A stretch of 64,000 nt of DNA, taken from the NCBI GenBank assembly GCA_964276515.1, contig OZ193910.1, positions 5,766,001 through 5,830,000 of the forward strand. Reading direction: 5' to 3'. The translations under genes were made by a program, and so were the position numbers. Positions 12,577 to 26,199 of this stretch are shown here, in pieces (within the stretch, counting starts at the first letter, position 1; every line of letters begins with the position of its first letter). The stretch comes from Gordius albopunctatus (lineage: Eukaryota). The notes beneath the pieces are model-generated. The model searched no databases and was not told the DNA's origin. It worked only from the letters and a program-made list of their open reading frames with translations.

Positions 12577-14864
12577 AATACCCTTCAAGATAACCTCCTC
12601 CGACCCGAGTGTTGACTCTCTCTCAGCACGGTTGTCGGACGCGAGTATTTGACCGCATTACGTTTTTTCACCTGTCCCTTGTTCGAAGGTACGAAACGAA
12701 CTGCATTGTTGAACGTTTCCTCGATCGTTTTCTGGTTCGGTCTTTTCGATTTGATTTCATTCTTGACCGTAAAAATTGAATCGCACTTTCCCATTGAGCT
12801 TGCTATGGGGGGGGGAGTTGTTGTTGTAAGGTAACGTCAAATTGATGGCTACGACTGACCAAGTATATCCGAGCGTCGTTGGGTTCCGGATACTCTACCC
12901 CATTGTTTTCGTTAACGCAACCCAAAGTAGATTTTTAGATTTCCCCCATAAAGCGAAACAGACACATCTTCGCCACCCTAAGTCGTCTAGGCCGCTTCAC
13001 CATAAGAGCTGCTAGCCTCTCGACCAAAGAGTACGATATTTTCGTTAAATTATTGGTGACGTCGCTATACCACACATCAGCTATCGGCGCCTAAACTGGC
13101 ACAAGCGACATCACTAAGTGTAAAAATTCTCATCAGGCGTATCTCGCATAAAATGCAACTCCGCCTACCATAATCCCCTGGGTGCTATGAACTCCATAAC
13201 GGTAACCTTGGACCTGTGTACGATTGTATTACCTCTCATCCGATTACATGCGACGTTCCGGTAACCAACCAAAAATAAATCACACATGCGCACCGGGAAA
13301 AATATTTGCCCATCCAGGAAACACGACCTCATCAAACCTATAAAGGTGATACGGCATATAGCCAAAAAATGGTCATTATAGGACCTTATCAAACCTAATT
13401 AAAGGGGATCGAACCTAATTAAAGGTGATACGGCATAAAGCCATAAAAACAGGTCATTATTAATTCGCTTCTGGGTTAAAACGTGCGCGCATGCAATACT
13501 AAATTTAATATCCGAAACCTCGTCGTACACGCATTGCTCTGTGTTAAGTCCTGTGACTTAGAAAGGAAGGTTGTCTCGATTAATTGTTGAGCTCAAGAGC
13601 CTCCGTAACGTCAGGGTTGGAGTCTTTCGGTTCGGGTGATTTTAGTGGTTAGTATCGGTCTTTGCTCGTAAGCCTTCGTATTCAATTTCCGGTCTGCCTA
13701 TGGTTGAGTTGGCGTTAACCCAATTGGCAATATACACATCCAAGAATTTATTGAGGATATAATAATCGACAAGAAGTAAATTTAATAATAGAATCAAAGT
13801 AGCGATTCGACAGGTTATAAGGAAATATGGTAATACAATTGACGGGAAAAAGTTTTGGGGTTATCCGAGGCCAGAATATATATAATATATGGATTTTAGA
13901 CGTGAAGGGAATTTCGCAAGGATTAGTAAAGTCAGAGAAGATACGGTAATTCCCCCAACGGGGAATTAACTGTGTAAAAAAACCCCTTAATTCTTTCTTA
14001 CTCGAAACAGGGATTCTTATAATGACCACCAGGTTTTCTAACCCCCGCCTGTTCCCTTTATTTATTACATTTACTTCTCTTTATCTACTAGGCCTTTTCC
14101 GGCCACATTTTAAGCTTATATTTTCTTGCATCTTTTTGAACTGCTTAATCTTGACCGCTCTCCTCACTATGAGAATACAATACTCAATCCCCTGCATAAC
14201 TACACCTGCTCCCTCCTTAATCCATAATTAACTCAAATAATAAGGGAATCCTAACACCAAGGCAGGGGCATTTAGGGTACGGGTTGAGTTATTTATTGTC
14301 CCGGCCCCGTGGGGACACGACACTCTGTACAGGCAGAATTCCTTCGGGCTTGGCCCTACCGTCCCTATGCACTGGAATTATCCTTCGGCACATATTGTCC
14401 ACAATGCCCTGTACATGAAACTTTCATGCATAACGTTAAATACCACCGTGTCATCGTACTGTTCGATACCAGCTGATCAATCAAGTACAATGACAGATAG
14501 CGATCGACGGTCACATGCGCGTCAATTATATTCATAAATATAAAATGAATTCCATGCGAAAAAAAACGAAAAGCGAAAAAATTTAAGGAATAAAACATGA
14601 ATTATAAAAAATGTTTACCTTCGCGCGATTCTATTGAAACTTATGAACTAATAAATCGGATTTAAAAATATTGCCATACCCTTATTACCTCAGATAATAC
14701 CCCAAAAATTAAGTTACAATAACAATCCACATCGTTTTGTTTAAATTTAAATCTCAAAATATTACCTAATCTCAATCCAAAAATATAAAATCGAAAAAAT
14801 TAGCATCTTTCTTTTAAAACTTTTAAGCAGAAAATTCTTTGAGTATCGTGTACTTCTGAAATCT

Positions 14865-15310
14865 CTTAATAAAGTATAAAACATATTAAGTGACTATTTC
14901 ATTAATAATTACAAATAAACTCTCTTTTCAATAACACTAACTTAATAAAAGATATAAAAATAGTACCGACGGAAGATTAGATTACTTTCCTCATTAATTA
15001 TTTAATCACCTTATTTATTCACGTTGATTCATATAAACTTTATTAGTTATGTTAATCTTACTATAATTTAATCCCATTACTCCATTTATTTTGATAATGT
15101 CCAATAGAATATGTAAGCGCGAAGAATAATAATTATATTTAGCGAAACGTTAAACAAGAAAAAAAAAATTAATTCCAGTATGTTCATCCAAGCGTGACCT
15201 GCCAGCGCAGATGGCATTAGCACTACGCATATAACAAAGCAAAGAGAGAGAGAAGGGTGGGGAGGGGGGTGGGAGGGGGGAGACGCGTATGGTAGGAGAC
15301 AACCACGACA
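14865..15310 (-). mobile_element. Second LTR-like copy
   Basis: Shares long blocks with 11965-12576 and the same GGAGACAACCACGACA end. Left boundary uncertain. Confidence 0.6.
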
Positions 15311-16615
15311 GTTTTAAAACTGGGCTTATGAGCATTGAGCATTTCTAACCTGTCGTATCCGTAGATACTCATCCCCCCAAGTCCTCTAACACAAAGTTCG
15401 TTGATTGTAACATCTGTGTACTGATTTTAATATACACATAGCACTGAGCCCTACCACTTCAAAGGCGGTACTTGTACATTTAATATTATTTACGTGCGTG
15501 TTATTTCCCATTTCTATCAATACGCATCATTGAATTTGATAACGCGTTTCTAATCATTATTATAATTTTGCCTTAGTTAGTATAATAAAAATGTAGCTCC
15601 TGATTCTCCCTTCTAACTACTCCCTTTGGGGAGGACAACGCATCCTGTAAAGCTGTAAATTCATCTTTATTTAAAGGCCTTATGCTCATCACAATATCTC
15701 CCAATATCTTTCCTCAATTCTCCCTATTTATTCCTGATGATTCCACTTCCTTCAAACTTTTATATTTTAAATCTTATTTTCTTACGAATACGATATTTAA
15801 CCATTTGAATTTATTAGATAATATAATACATTTAGTAAGAAACTTTCACCAAGTAAATTTATTTAATAATTTTATTATGAAGTATTGAGGGCAACGCCGA
15901 AGGAGCCATCTATGTAAACGCCAAGGAAATTTCTCAAAGGTGAGGCGCTGTGTCTGCTTTCTGAGTCTCTTCTCTTAGACCATCTTACAGTTCACTTTAC
16001 TTTAACTTAATATGGATAAATTTAATTAACATCTAAGGAAATACAAATTTTGATTGTTTTAAGCTCTTCTAAACAATTTACGCAGGAAAGTATTATGCCA
16101 ACATAAATTAAAACAAATCCAGTCTACCAAAATAGTTATAATATTATGCCATATTTATCGTATGAATACAAAATCCCTGCATAAGCATTTAGCAAAAATT
16201 TAGTATAAATTGTGTGAAAAATAAATTTAAATAATCCAACTAATTAGTAACGATGAAAAATTAATACCTCTTGCTTAAAATTTATTTATTTCTAGTGACA
16301 TATATAGATAGTAGATTTTGTGTTTATTTAATTTTTGTGATAGATTATAGGCTATGCTATAATTGATTTCTTGACTCATTTGTATGTCCAATATAATTTG
16401 TTATGGGGCTCTGTTACGCCCTCCAACTTATATGAATATTAAAAGCAAATGTAAATAACGGTATTTATAAAATTGCAAATTTGTATAGCAACCAATCTTT
16501 AAGGCTGTTTTATAGCCTATCAAAGTGCTGCCTCAAGTTTACTTTATTTAATGAAACTGATGGGAAGCGATAACTAATTACAGATGATGTAATTTAATAT
16601 TCATTCATATAATTT

Positions 16616-19600
16616 ATGGATAGTAATAAAGATGAAAGCGATAGGTGCTATGAACTGGCTCAACAATATCTTAAGCAAGGCAATGTTGAAAAAGCAATCA
16701 AGTTTTTGGTAAAAGGAGAAAAACTTTACCCTAGTCAAAAAATTAAAAGTATTTAATATACATAATATTATACATTGAAATAGAATTATTAGAACAAATA
16801 CAGTCATATAAAACAAAAGAATCTGCATCCACAAATAATGATTTTAAACACAGATTTGCATCACAAAATGAACAATACCGCAGGGCTAGATCAAAATCAA
16901 AGGAACCTCAAAATTGTTCAAAAGAAGAGCTTGATGCAATTAGGCAGTAATTATTACATAAAAAAACCATCAAAAAATTATTAAGTTTTGTCTCTTTATG
17001 TAAATTTTTATTAAATAGGTTGTGAATATTATTATAGTTACATAAAATTGGCATTTATTAACATGTTTATGAATATAAAGATTAAAAAAATGCAAAGATT
17101 ACTATGAAATTTTGGGCATTCCACGTGATGCAACTGAAGCTGACATTAAAAAAGCCTACAAAAAATTGGCTTTACAGTTTCATCCAGACAAAAATAATGT
17201 ACCTGGAGCAGCAGAGGCTTTTAAAGGTATATTACTTTTTAAGGGCACAAGCTTTTTGGGCACTTTAGTTTTATTTATACTTATTAATTAAACTAAATGC
17301 TTTTATGATAATAAAATTCTATTATATCTAAATTTTTAGAGGATAATATTAAAAACATCTGTATTATAATTTGAAGGTTGTTGGCTTATATAAAGCAAGC
17401 ATTAATATATATTCACAGTAAACACATGAATAAATTTTAAATATAGAAATTATAACCTATTACTTAGGTTTAAAGTCACTTTAGAATTAAAGGATGAAAT
17501 GCAGATTTCTTCCTTTTTACATTTTATTATTAATGATTATAAAAAATGTTTTTTATTTTATACATCTAGGCAAAATTTATTTTATATTTCAATTTAAATT
17601 TGTTCTAAGATATATGCTATTTTTTGTATTAGTAAAAGCATTTATTTTAGGCTAACAAATTTCACCATTCTTTTATTTATGTTGTATTAATAAGCTTTTT
17701 AATTATGAAAACATTTTTGGCAGATAATTGTCCAATGCTTGTTTTGGTATTCTACTTTAATGCCTAAAAAAGATTATTTTATTAAAGATTTTTATAATTA
17801 TGCCTCATAATAAAAACTGGGAGAAGATATTTGTTGTGCAATCAGTATAATGGCTAGGAAATTTCAATATAAGAGAAAAGGAATTTAATTTGAAAAACTG
17901 CTAAAGTTCTTCTGATTAGGTGTTTGAAATGGTATTTATTTTTAATGATCATGTGATATTTTTATTCTTTAATATGTAAAAATCAAAACTAATTGAAACT
18001 TGTTTGATCTAGTGTTTTATATTGTTCCCATATTTTGTAGGGTTTGCTAGGTGCTTGCATATGATATATAATCTTAATGTGTTATACGCTACTTCCATCC
18101 ATCCTTGTTTAACAATTTCATCAAAAATAATTCTAAAGTCTCTTACCATTTTTAATGCTTAAAATATCTGCTTAGATAATCACAATCTTACTTTGAAGGC
18201 ATTAAAATTTCACCGATCTGATATTTATTGCGATTTGCTAAAACGGTCATTCAAAGCTTTCTTTTTTAATAATTATTTTTATTGCTACACCATCATGGGA
18301 ATAGTTGATATGAATTAGAGGGGACAAAGATTTGGTATCAATTTAGGTAGGGTTAATAAGATTATTTTCAAAATTTAGCCATAATCTTATTTTAAATAAG
18401 AAATATCTTCTGGCTACGTATCACTGTATATATTCCCTATCCAACAACCATTATATTTGATATGTATAATTTTTGTAGCTATAGGAAACGCTTTCGCCAT
18501 TCTCAGCGACCCGCAAAAAAGGAAGCGTTACGACTTACATGGCACCGAAGTTGAGCGCATATCTCACAGGCACGCGCAAGAAGATTTTTTCGAATACGAT
18601 TACGCTCGTGGATTCGATAGTAATATAAATCTCCTAGATACATTTGTGTTTTTGCCAAGAATGGATTGAATTGAACTCATATATTATTATGTAGCCGAAA
18701 TGAACGCGGAAGATATCTTCAATCTTTTCTTCGGGGGCGGGATTAGAGGTACAATGTGATGCCTTTTTTATAATCATTTGCTAATAGCTCAATTGATATA
18801 AATACCTTTCATTTAAAGTAAGTTTAACGATAGATTTTACCTTTTTGCGACGGACAGAATGATTTACATATAACGTTATGATAATTATAGGAGGTTATTA
18901 TCGCAACGGTCCCACTTTTGCGAGAACTAGGACCCAACGTCGCACACAACCCGCCTCATCCCCACCCGAGAATGAGGTTAGGGTTTGAGTTATTAAGGCG
19001 GCTACATTTAATTTCTGTTCCCAATCGGCTATCTATTTATTCGTGAAGTATCGTGATTGGAATGGTATTCAGTTAAATTATGCTACAGAAATAACGAAAT
19101 GCTTGCTTTTGATACTTTTATTTTGGTGCGGATTAATTAAGAAATTCGCCTTATTAATATTAGTCCAACAACGCCCTTTTGATCCAAATGCTGCCCATTC
19201 TAATCTTGATCGCGTTATCCTTATTAAGCGGATTATTCGTTTCCGATCCACCCTACAGCTTCGAAAGAAACAGGTAAATAGATTGCCTTATGTTTATTAT
19301 CTTATTATATTTAATTTGCACAAAAACGGAGCTGTTAAATGCGTTGTTTATTATATGTCTCAATTATAGCAAATATATTACCCGGAGGGAGACGTCTATA
19401 TTCAACGTACCGTATTACGTGAAAAAAGATTTTATCGAAAATTACGAAGGCAAGATAGACCAAATCGAACGGGAGATCGAGAGAGAATACTATTATAATG
19501 TGGAAAAGGAATGCTCTCGGCAAATTGCTAGAAGTAAGAGTTGGACATGAGAAATGACTAAAGCAACTTGAGCGAATAAAGCTACTATAATTTACTATAG

Positions 19601-22600
19601 ATAAACTCGTCAATCCTTTGTAGTAATATACGTTGTTTAAGGGCTTGTCTTAATATCGGATTCAAATTCGAAACGCGCGAATTTTTTTTTGTCCATATAT
19701 CGGATTCTAGTTCATGCTTCAAACTGAAAAATTATTATTAATTTTACTCAACCTTTTATTTAAAACATAAGTAGAAGGAAAAAAATTGGTAGTAATGAGC
19801 AGAACATTTTTGAATACATTCGAATGTATCCTTCAACATTCTATTACTTATAAGTAAAATTGTTAAAGATATAAAGCATCATAAATCCAAAGTTCTTTAT
19901 ATACCTCCAACAGAAAGACTTATGTTAACCTTAAGGAAAGGACATTTATACAATTGAAAATGTTAGATTGGATTAGAGTATAACAATTTATATTAAAGTA
20001 TTTTCATTTATCTGAAGAGTTTTTCAAAAGATGGAATTATAAAATAATTTATGTTGATATTGATGCATTGGGACCAGAGGTCAGATTTGTTAGAATTTTT
20101 CTGCCCGAACCCGGCCCGGCCCGATTTTATAATTCATCTTCCCGCCCAATCCCTTCTATGTGTCCGCCGGGCAATGCCCGAATTATCCCAGCTGCCCGGC
20201 CCGAAATGGTGTGTTTTAAAATTTTTAGTACGCCTCTGAGAAGTATTCGAATCCATATGTGTAAGTTTCGAATCGAATATTTACGCTGCTAGGATTCAAA
20301 AATCAGAATCGAATCCTTGAAAATTCCAAGTTTATTTTTTTTTAGTTTAATTTAAATAGATGAGATTCAAATATTTAGCTATCTTTATCTTACCGCATTT
20401 TAGTTATTTTTCCTGCTACAATTTAAAAAAGTTTAATTTAAAATTTTTCAAACTTACATAAATTAAATTATGAACTTTGAAAAAAATTGCAAGATAGCAC
20501 AAAAATATTTTACGATTAAAGGCTATATGGAAAGAATTTGACCCACCAATTAATTATGTAAAGGCAAAACTTGACATGTTAGTCAGGATCATGCTGTCAA
20601 AATGGGCAAACATAAAATTGAAGATATATGGGATTCAATAAGAATATAGCCTTATTAGCGAGTGTCGTCGATTTAAGACTCAAAATTCGAGTGTTTATCA
20701 CCACTGGGGTGATTCACCAGTACATGGCATATCCTGTAGAGAAATTAAAGATGACTGCAAAACTTCTATATGAAGTGAGCCCGATTCTAGCGAGGTATCA
20801 ACACTGAATCGTTTATTAAGAGCAACATGAACGCGAAGTTATCATTGGAGACATTTTTGCACAAACCACGTGTGACCTCCAATGTTGAGCCTTTACAATG
20901 GTGGAAATTACGCCTATTCGATTCGGATTCGATTAGAAAAAAATTTAAAGATTCGAATTCGATTCGAATATAAATAAAAAAAATTTATATTAAAAAACAA
21001 ATATAAAAGGTTACTATGATTTTTAATGTGCATATATATTAAAAATTTTATTAAAACATATAGAGTACAGTACACAACACACAACAAAAATAAAAAAATT
21101 ATACGCGAACAATTATGTAAATATGTGTGATTAAAATAAAATCATGAGGCTTTTATAAGCCAATTTTTGAGGCAAACTATCTTCCTAACAGTCTCTTCCT
21201 TGAGCGACTGCTTGTGCTTTGTCAATAGGGATGTTGCAGTCGAAAAAATTCTTTCGCATGGTGTCGAAGATCCAGATATGGATAAAAGATTTTTGCCAGC
21301 GTTTGAATGGCTGGAAAACGAAGTTTATTTGAATTCCACCATTGCAAGCAAAGGCTCGACATTTGAGGGCACCCGCGGTTCGTGTAGATACGTTTCTAAT
21401 GGAGATCTGACGTTCATGTCGGTTTTAAAAAGCCGATCGAGGGTTGATACATTGTCGTGGTCGCTTCCTAAAGCGGTTTGAACGTCTTCTTTAATTCTTC
21501 AGGACATATGCCATGTATTGGCGATAAGCACTACAAATATTGTATTTTGAGCCTTGGGTCGACCACACTGGCCAATAAATCTATCTTTTTATTAAATGCC
21601 ATATATTCTTCGATTTTAAGTTTGGCCAATTTAATATTCTCATCTTCAATCCCTTGTAAACTTTGTATGAGTTGGTAGTTGACTGGCAATATTAAATTAA
21701 TCGTAGGATATTGCTCCCCCGATATTAAATTGGTTGCAGTAAAAAAGAAAAAAGTGTTAATTTGATCTTTTCGATTTCTCCCCATTCAAGGTTGGATAAT
21801 AAATCTTCCTTATAATGATTAAAAGCCAGGTTATCCAATGCCTGCCTCATTAATAGGGCCTTTTCTATCATAATGTAGGTGCTATTCCACCTCACTTCCA
21901 TGTCGAGTTTAACCTAAATGTAATTTAAGGGTGAATCAAAATCGTTACATATAGTCTTTAATCGTGAAATATTTTTGGCTGTCTTGCAATTTTGATTAAA
22001 GCCCTTATTAATTTGATAAGATTTTGATCCACTTTTTCAATGACTTGTTTAGCTGCCAAATTAATTATGTGACCCATACAGCGAACACCTACTACAATAT
22101 TTAGTGAAGGCTATTTATTTGAAAGGACATTTTTGAATGCAATATTATTTTTTGCATTATCTAAAGTTATTGCACAATCTTTTAATGTGATGTCATTATT
22201 CTTTAGTATTGTTAGGAAAACATCACATATACTTTTCCCAGAATATTTATCAATGAAGGGATGAAAATCTACTAAGGTGTTTTCCAACTCCCATTATTGA
22301 TGTAATGGCATGTCAATGCTAAAAATGGGATACCAATTGGAGACGACCTTATGTCGATAGTACACGCCATTTAACCCACAATTAATAAAGAAGAAGGTGT
22401 AAACCCTTTATATTATTCAAAAGTGAACCATTTAATCTCAAACTTTAAAATTGGAACCTTATATTTTTATATTAAACTTTTTACAAGAGCATTTTTTTGA
22501 AATAATCACTGCAGGCTTGTTTAATTAGTCATGGTCAAGAGAGCCCTAAAGTATTATGAATTAACTGAAACCAACTTACCTGATACATTAGAAGTGGAGG

Positions 22601-25234
22601 TTGAAGATGAGGACATTATAATATGCAGTTTAAAAATTTAAAATTGAAATTTCAAATTATAGCAGGAAAAACAACTTAAATGCGACTAGAGAAAAACACC
22701 TAATTTTTGCATCTCGTTCTCGCCTATTTAAATTAAATTTAATAAATCAAAATTTAATATTTTTTTAAGGATTCGAATTTTCGAATCTTATCTATGTACA
22801 TATTCGATTCGAAAATACACATAAGGATTCGAAATTTCGAATCGATTCTCAAATATTTTCCAGAGGCGTAGTGGAAATCGAATCAACGTCGTTTTCCAGC
22901 CATCCAAAAATTGGCAAAAAATCTTCTCTCTATACATGGATCATTTACCCCGTGCAAAAGAATATTTTAAACCGGAACCAATTTCATTTAAAGAACTAGT
23001 GTTAGGAAGATAATTTGCCTTAAAAGTTGGCTTAAAACGGTTCTTGATTGTCTTAAACATATCACAGTTTTTTTTGCCTTTAATATTTTTATTTTTGATG
23101 TGTGTATTTTTTTAAATATCTTTTAAATAAATCTTTCAAATTTATATGCAAATTAAAATTCATAGTAGCCTTTTTAATGTGTTTTTTAATAATTAAAAAA
23201 ACTTAATAAATATTCAAATCCTTAAATTTTTTTCGAATCTGATTCGAATCTTCATTTTAATATTCGTCAAATCTCGAATCGAATAGTTTTTTTAAAAAAA
23301 AATTCGAATCCAATACGAAAAATATTCGATTCGATTCGAAATCCAGAGGCGTAATTTTTAGCACTAATATCGTTATATTTTTTAAAAATTTTATTTTAAT
23401 TTTTGATTTTTTTAATGAGAACCAGGGTAACAAACATTATGAAATCAATTAAAAAATTGGCAAAATATACACAAAAACAATATAATACATTATTTTAAAA
23501 ACAAAATTGATCCCGAATTGCCCGAATCTTGTTATGGTGCCCGCCCGGGCCCGCCCGTAAGTTAAAATATAGGGTTACTTTACTGGTACAAGAAGGCTAG
23601 AATTTGTGTTGCATACTCTTTTGGCATACTAACTGCCAAATTTGATATATTTAATAAACCCATTAGGACTAGACCTGAAAAAGCAGAGAAAATTGTATTG
23701 GGAGCCTGCATCCTACACAATATACGTATAGATAAGGATGAAATAGGTTGCACCCCTTTATATAAGGCAAGATCACTTTCAAACTAATTCATTAACTTTA
23801 TTAACAATATTAGCTAAATATATATATCAATAGTTTTATAGCATTACAATGTAAATACAATTTAAATAATACCTACCTTGCAATTGTGTTTTGCCAATTG
23901 CCATTATATCAAGAGGTAAAAAATGTGGATATTCTTTTAAACTTTGCCTTTTCTATGTCAATTAATCTTTTAAATGGATCAGCAAATAGAGGTTTTCTTT
24001 ACCAAGATCATCTATGGTACTTGTGGTGGGAGCATCAAAAAACCTTTCAATAAACATCATGTCCCTGCACTCCTTGATTTTAGAGTTTTCCACTTTGATT
24101 TGCAGCTTATAAACAGCTATATACAACTTAATGTTTAAATACCAGGCATATTACAATCTTTGCCTAAATTATCGCAACATTTTTTCATCTCAAACTTATT
24201 CAAATGATCTTCTTGATCATACCATATAATTTTATTCTTTTCAACGCGTTTGATTATATATAAACTTTGCTGATACCTAAAACTTAAAATTCATACAACA
24301 TTTAAGCTTACAAAAAGTTTTGCATCTTATAAAATCGCTGTTATGTTATGCGTCTAAAATTGAAATATGTTGTAAATCGGACACGGCTATGTTAAAACCC
24401 GTATGCCAATTTTTGCATCGCAGCACCTATATTAAGACACGCCTTAAAAGAAATTTGGTTGGATTATGACGCTTGATATTTCGGATTAATATAGTTTCAT
24501 CTCCATTTTTTCCCTGAACATGGGCCATATAAACCCGAAATATGCCATTTTCCTCTGCTCATTTCATTATAGGCAAAATTCAGCAAGCTACGTGCAAAAT
24601 GTTTTGTTGATCTTTACGCCATCTTTGGTTATAAATTTTATTACATCTAAATTATAAACATTTATATCTATTTTATTGAATGTACATAGAAATATGTTAA
24701 AATTAATTCAATTTGTTTAGCAGGCATTAGACCTGCCATAAGTTATTTTTTATATTGACCGCTCTAATATGTTCTTGAATAATTATTTAAAAGCTAGCGT
24801 CCTGGTACATTTTTAAAATACTTATTACTATTAAATTAAGCAGGGTGTAGTTTAATGTCTTGTGTAGCATTTTATATTTAAGTTTTAATTAGCACTAATA
24901 ATTGTTGATCAAATATTTTTGTCTGAGTCGGTAATGCACTAATTAGTCTAATAAAAAATAATATCCAAAATCTCTCGTTAGGCCCTTTACTTTAATGCCT
25001 ATAGTAAAAATAAGGATAATATAGGTTTGGCCCTTACCCATTATTGTTGTAAAAAAACATGATTAAAATTTGGGTAAATATTCTTATATAATTTGTTTTT
25101 ATTAAATTTTTATAGAAACATTATTGCTACGACAAGCCGAATATTTTGGAAACGCAAAAATGTATGAGCAAGCCCAAAATTTCCCCACTCCTGCTTGTGA
25201 TATTTTGCGATACCGAGAAAATCACATAGCATAA
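16616..25234 (+). CDS. DNAJB12: DnaJ homolog subfamily B member 12/14 (ER membrane J-protein)
   Basis: Exons 16616-16748, 16784-16946, 17081-17226, 18479-18619, 18695-18748, 18891-18976, 19164-19273, 19370-19533, 25116-25234, all in phase. Features: N-terminal [12 protein letters not shown] domain (DYYEILG...[10 protein letters not shown]), [13 protein letters not shown] helix [17 protein letters not shown]1977 (VPYYVKKDF...AEYFGN...PTPAC). B12 vs B14 orthology is unresolved. Confidence 0.95.
20229..23353 (+). mobile_element. Decayed hAT transposon (TACGCCTCTG TIR, TTCGA repeats), outer copy
   Basis: 10-bp TIR TACGCCTCTG/CAGAGGCGTA and perfect 8-bp TSD ATTTTTAG. The hAT dimerisation-domain remnant is split at EPLQWWK / [14 protein letters not shown]. 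Confidence 0.9.
20909..22870 (-). mobile_element. Decayed hAT transposon of the same family, nested antisense in the outer copy
   Basis: Ends TACGCCT / AGGCGTA with perfect TSD GTGGAAAT. Minus-strand transposase remnants include [18 protein letters not shown] and [11 protein letters not shown]...CLKNWL. Confidence 0.9.
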
Positions 25235-25484
25235 CACAACAAATCATACATGTTATCAACACCCTCTTATCATTTACCTGCCTGCACGTTGTACGCATTA
25301 ATATGTGTTGTAAATGTCTTGTTAACACATTTGCCATATTTCCCATAGAGTGTAAAACCGTTTTTACCCTTATTGGTCAATTTTCATAAAATTCATATGC
25401 ATGTTCAACTTTAATAAATATTTATGTGTTATTTTAAACGGCATGTGATATATTTGGGAGATTAATTTTTCGAGGTTTCAAGGG

Positions 25485-25733
25485 GTACGCACATGAATCA
25501 AATTCATTTTTTTCCTTATTTTTCACACCAATTATTATTTTTATAGGACGGTCGTGTCTCCTCCTACGTGGCTAAATAAATTAAAAAATCTAATTTTTTA
25601 ATTTTTTGCGCGTTAAATAAGGAGAAAAATGAAGATACAATTAACAAAGTGCCAATAAATGTTGATATATTTCAGTTCTTCAGACATTATTAGGTTCAGA
25701 ATTAAAAGTTTTATTCAGAAACAAATAATTATG
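25485..25733. repeat. Dispersed repeat shared with 42171-42422
   Basis: About 250 bp colinear with high identity (ATAGGACGGTCGTGTCTCCTCCT...CAGAAACAAATAATTATGAT). Confidence 0.85.
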
Positions 25734-26199
25734 ATATTGTTTCTTAATTACAAAAAATTAATATTTACCTTAGATCGGTGCATACAATATCTAGTTCCTA
25801 TCTGATTTAAATAATCATCGATTGTTTTTTGATTTAACTAAGGTTTATATTTTAAGAAGTATCTTGCTGATAAAAGTGTTATTGTATTGAAAAGTGAACC
25901 TTTTGAAAATTCGCTATTGAGTAATTAAATTATAATGCCTAATATTTCTTGATTTATTTTAAGGTCTATATTTCCAAATAAACAGTTTTCTGAAAGTTTT
26001 ATAAGGTTAAATATTGCTTACACAACGCATTTAATTTGGTGAGAATGAATGTGTGCTAATTAATCAAATAAAATTAGAAGATTTTTACAGCCGCCTTCGA
26101 GTACGGCTTCCGAAATAATTTAGTATATTTTTTGTAAACTCACTAACAACTGGTGAATTAAAAGTTCCCAAAATTTAATAAGACACAATCTAAATCTAA

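Larger units (their letters stand above)
20075..23572. mobile_element. hAT MITE (CAGAG-TIR family, CCCGG/CCCGA repeats), right end truncated
   Basis: Left end CAGAGGTCAGATTTGTT matches the ends at 45354 and 61266. It resumes after 23353 with the same subterminal repeats. Confidence 0.8.
19641..24444. mobile_element. Decayed PIF/Harbinger transposon in the last DNAJB12 intron
   Basis: TIRs GGCTTGTCTTAATAT / ATATTAAGACACGCC with TAA flanks. Transposase C-terminus on + at ~23580-23730 ([17 protein letters not shown]...[12 protein letters not shown]). Convergent MADF-like remnant on - at ~24140-24270. Confidence 0.85.
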
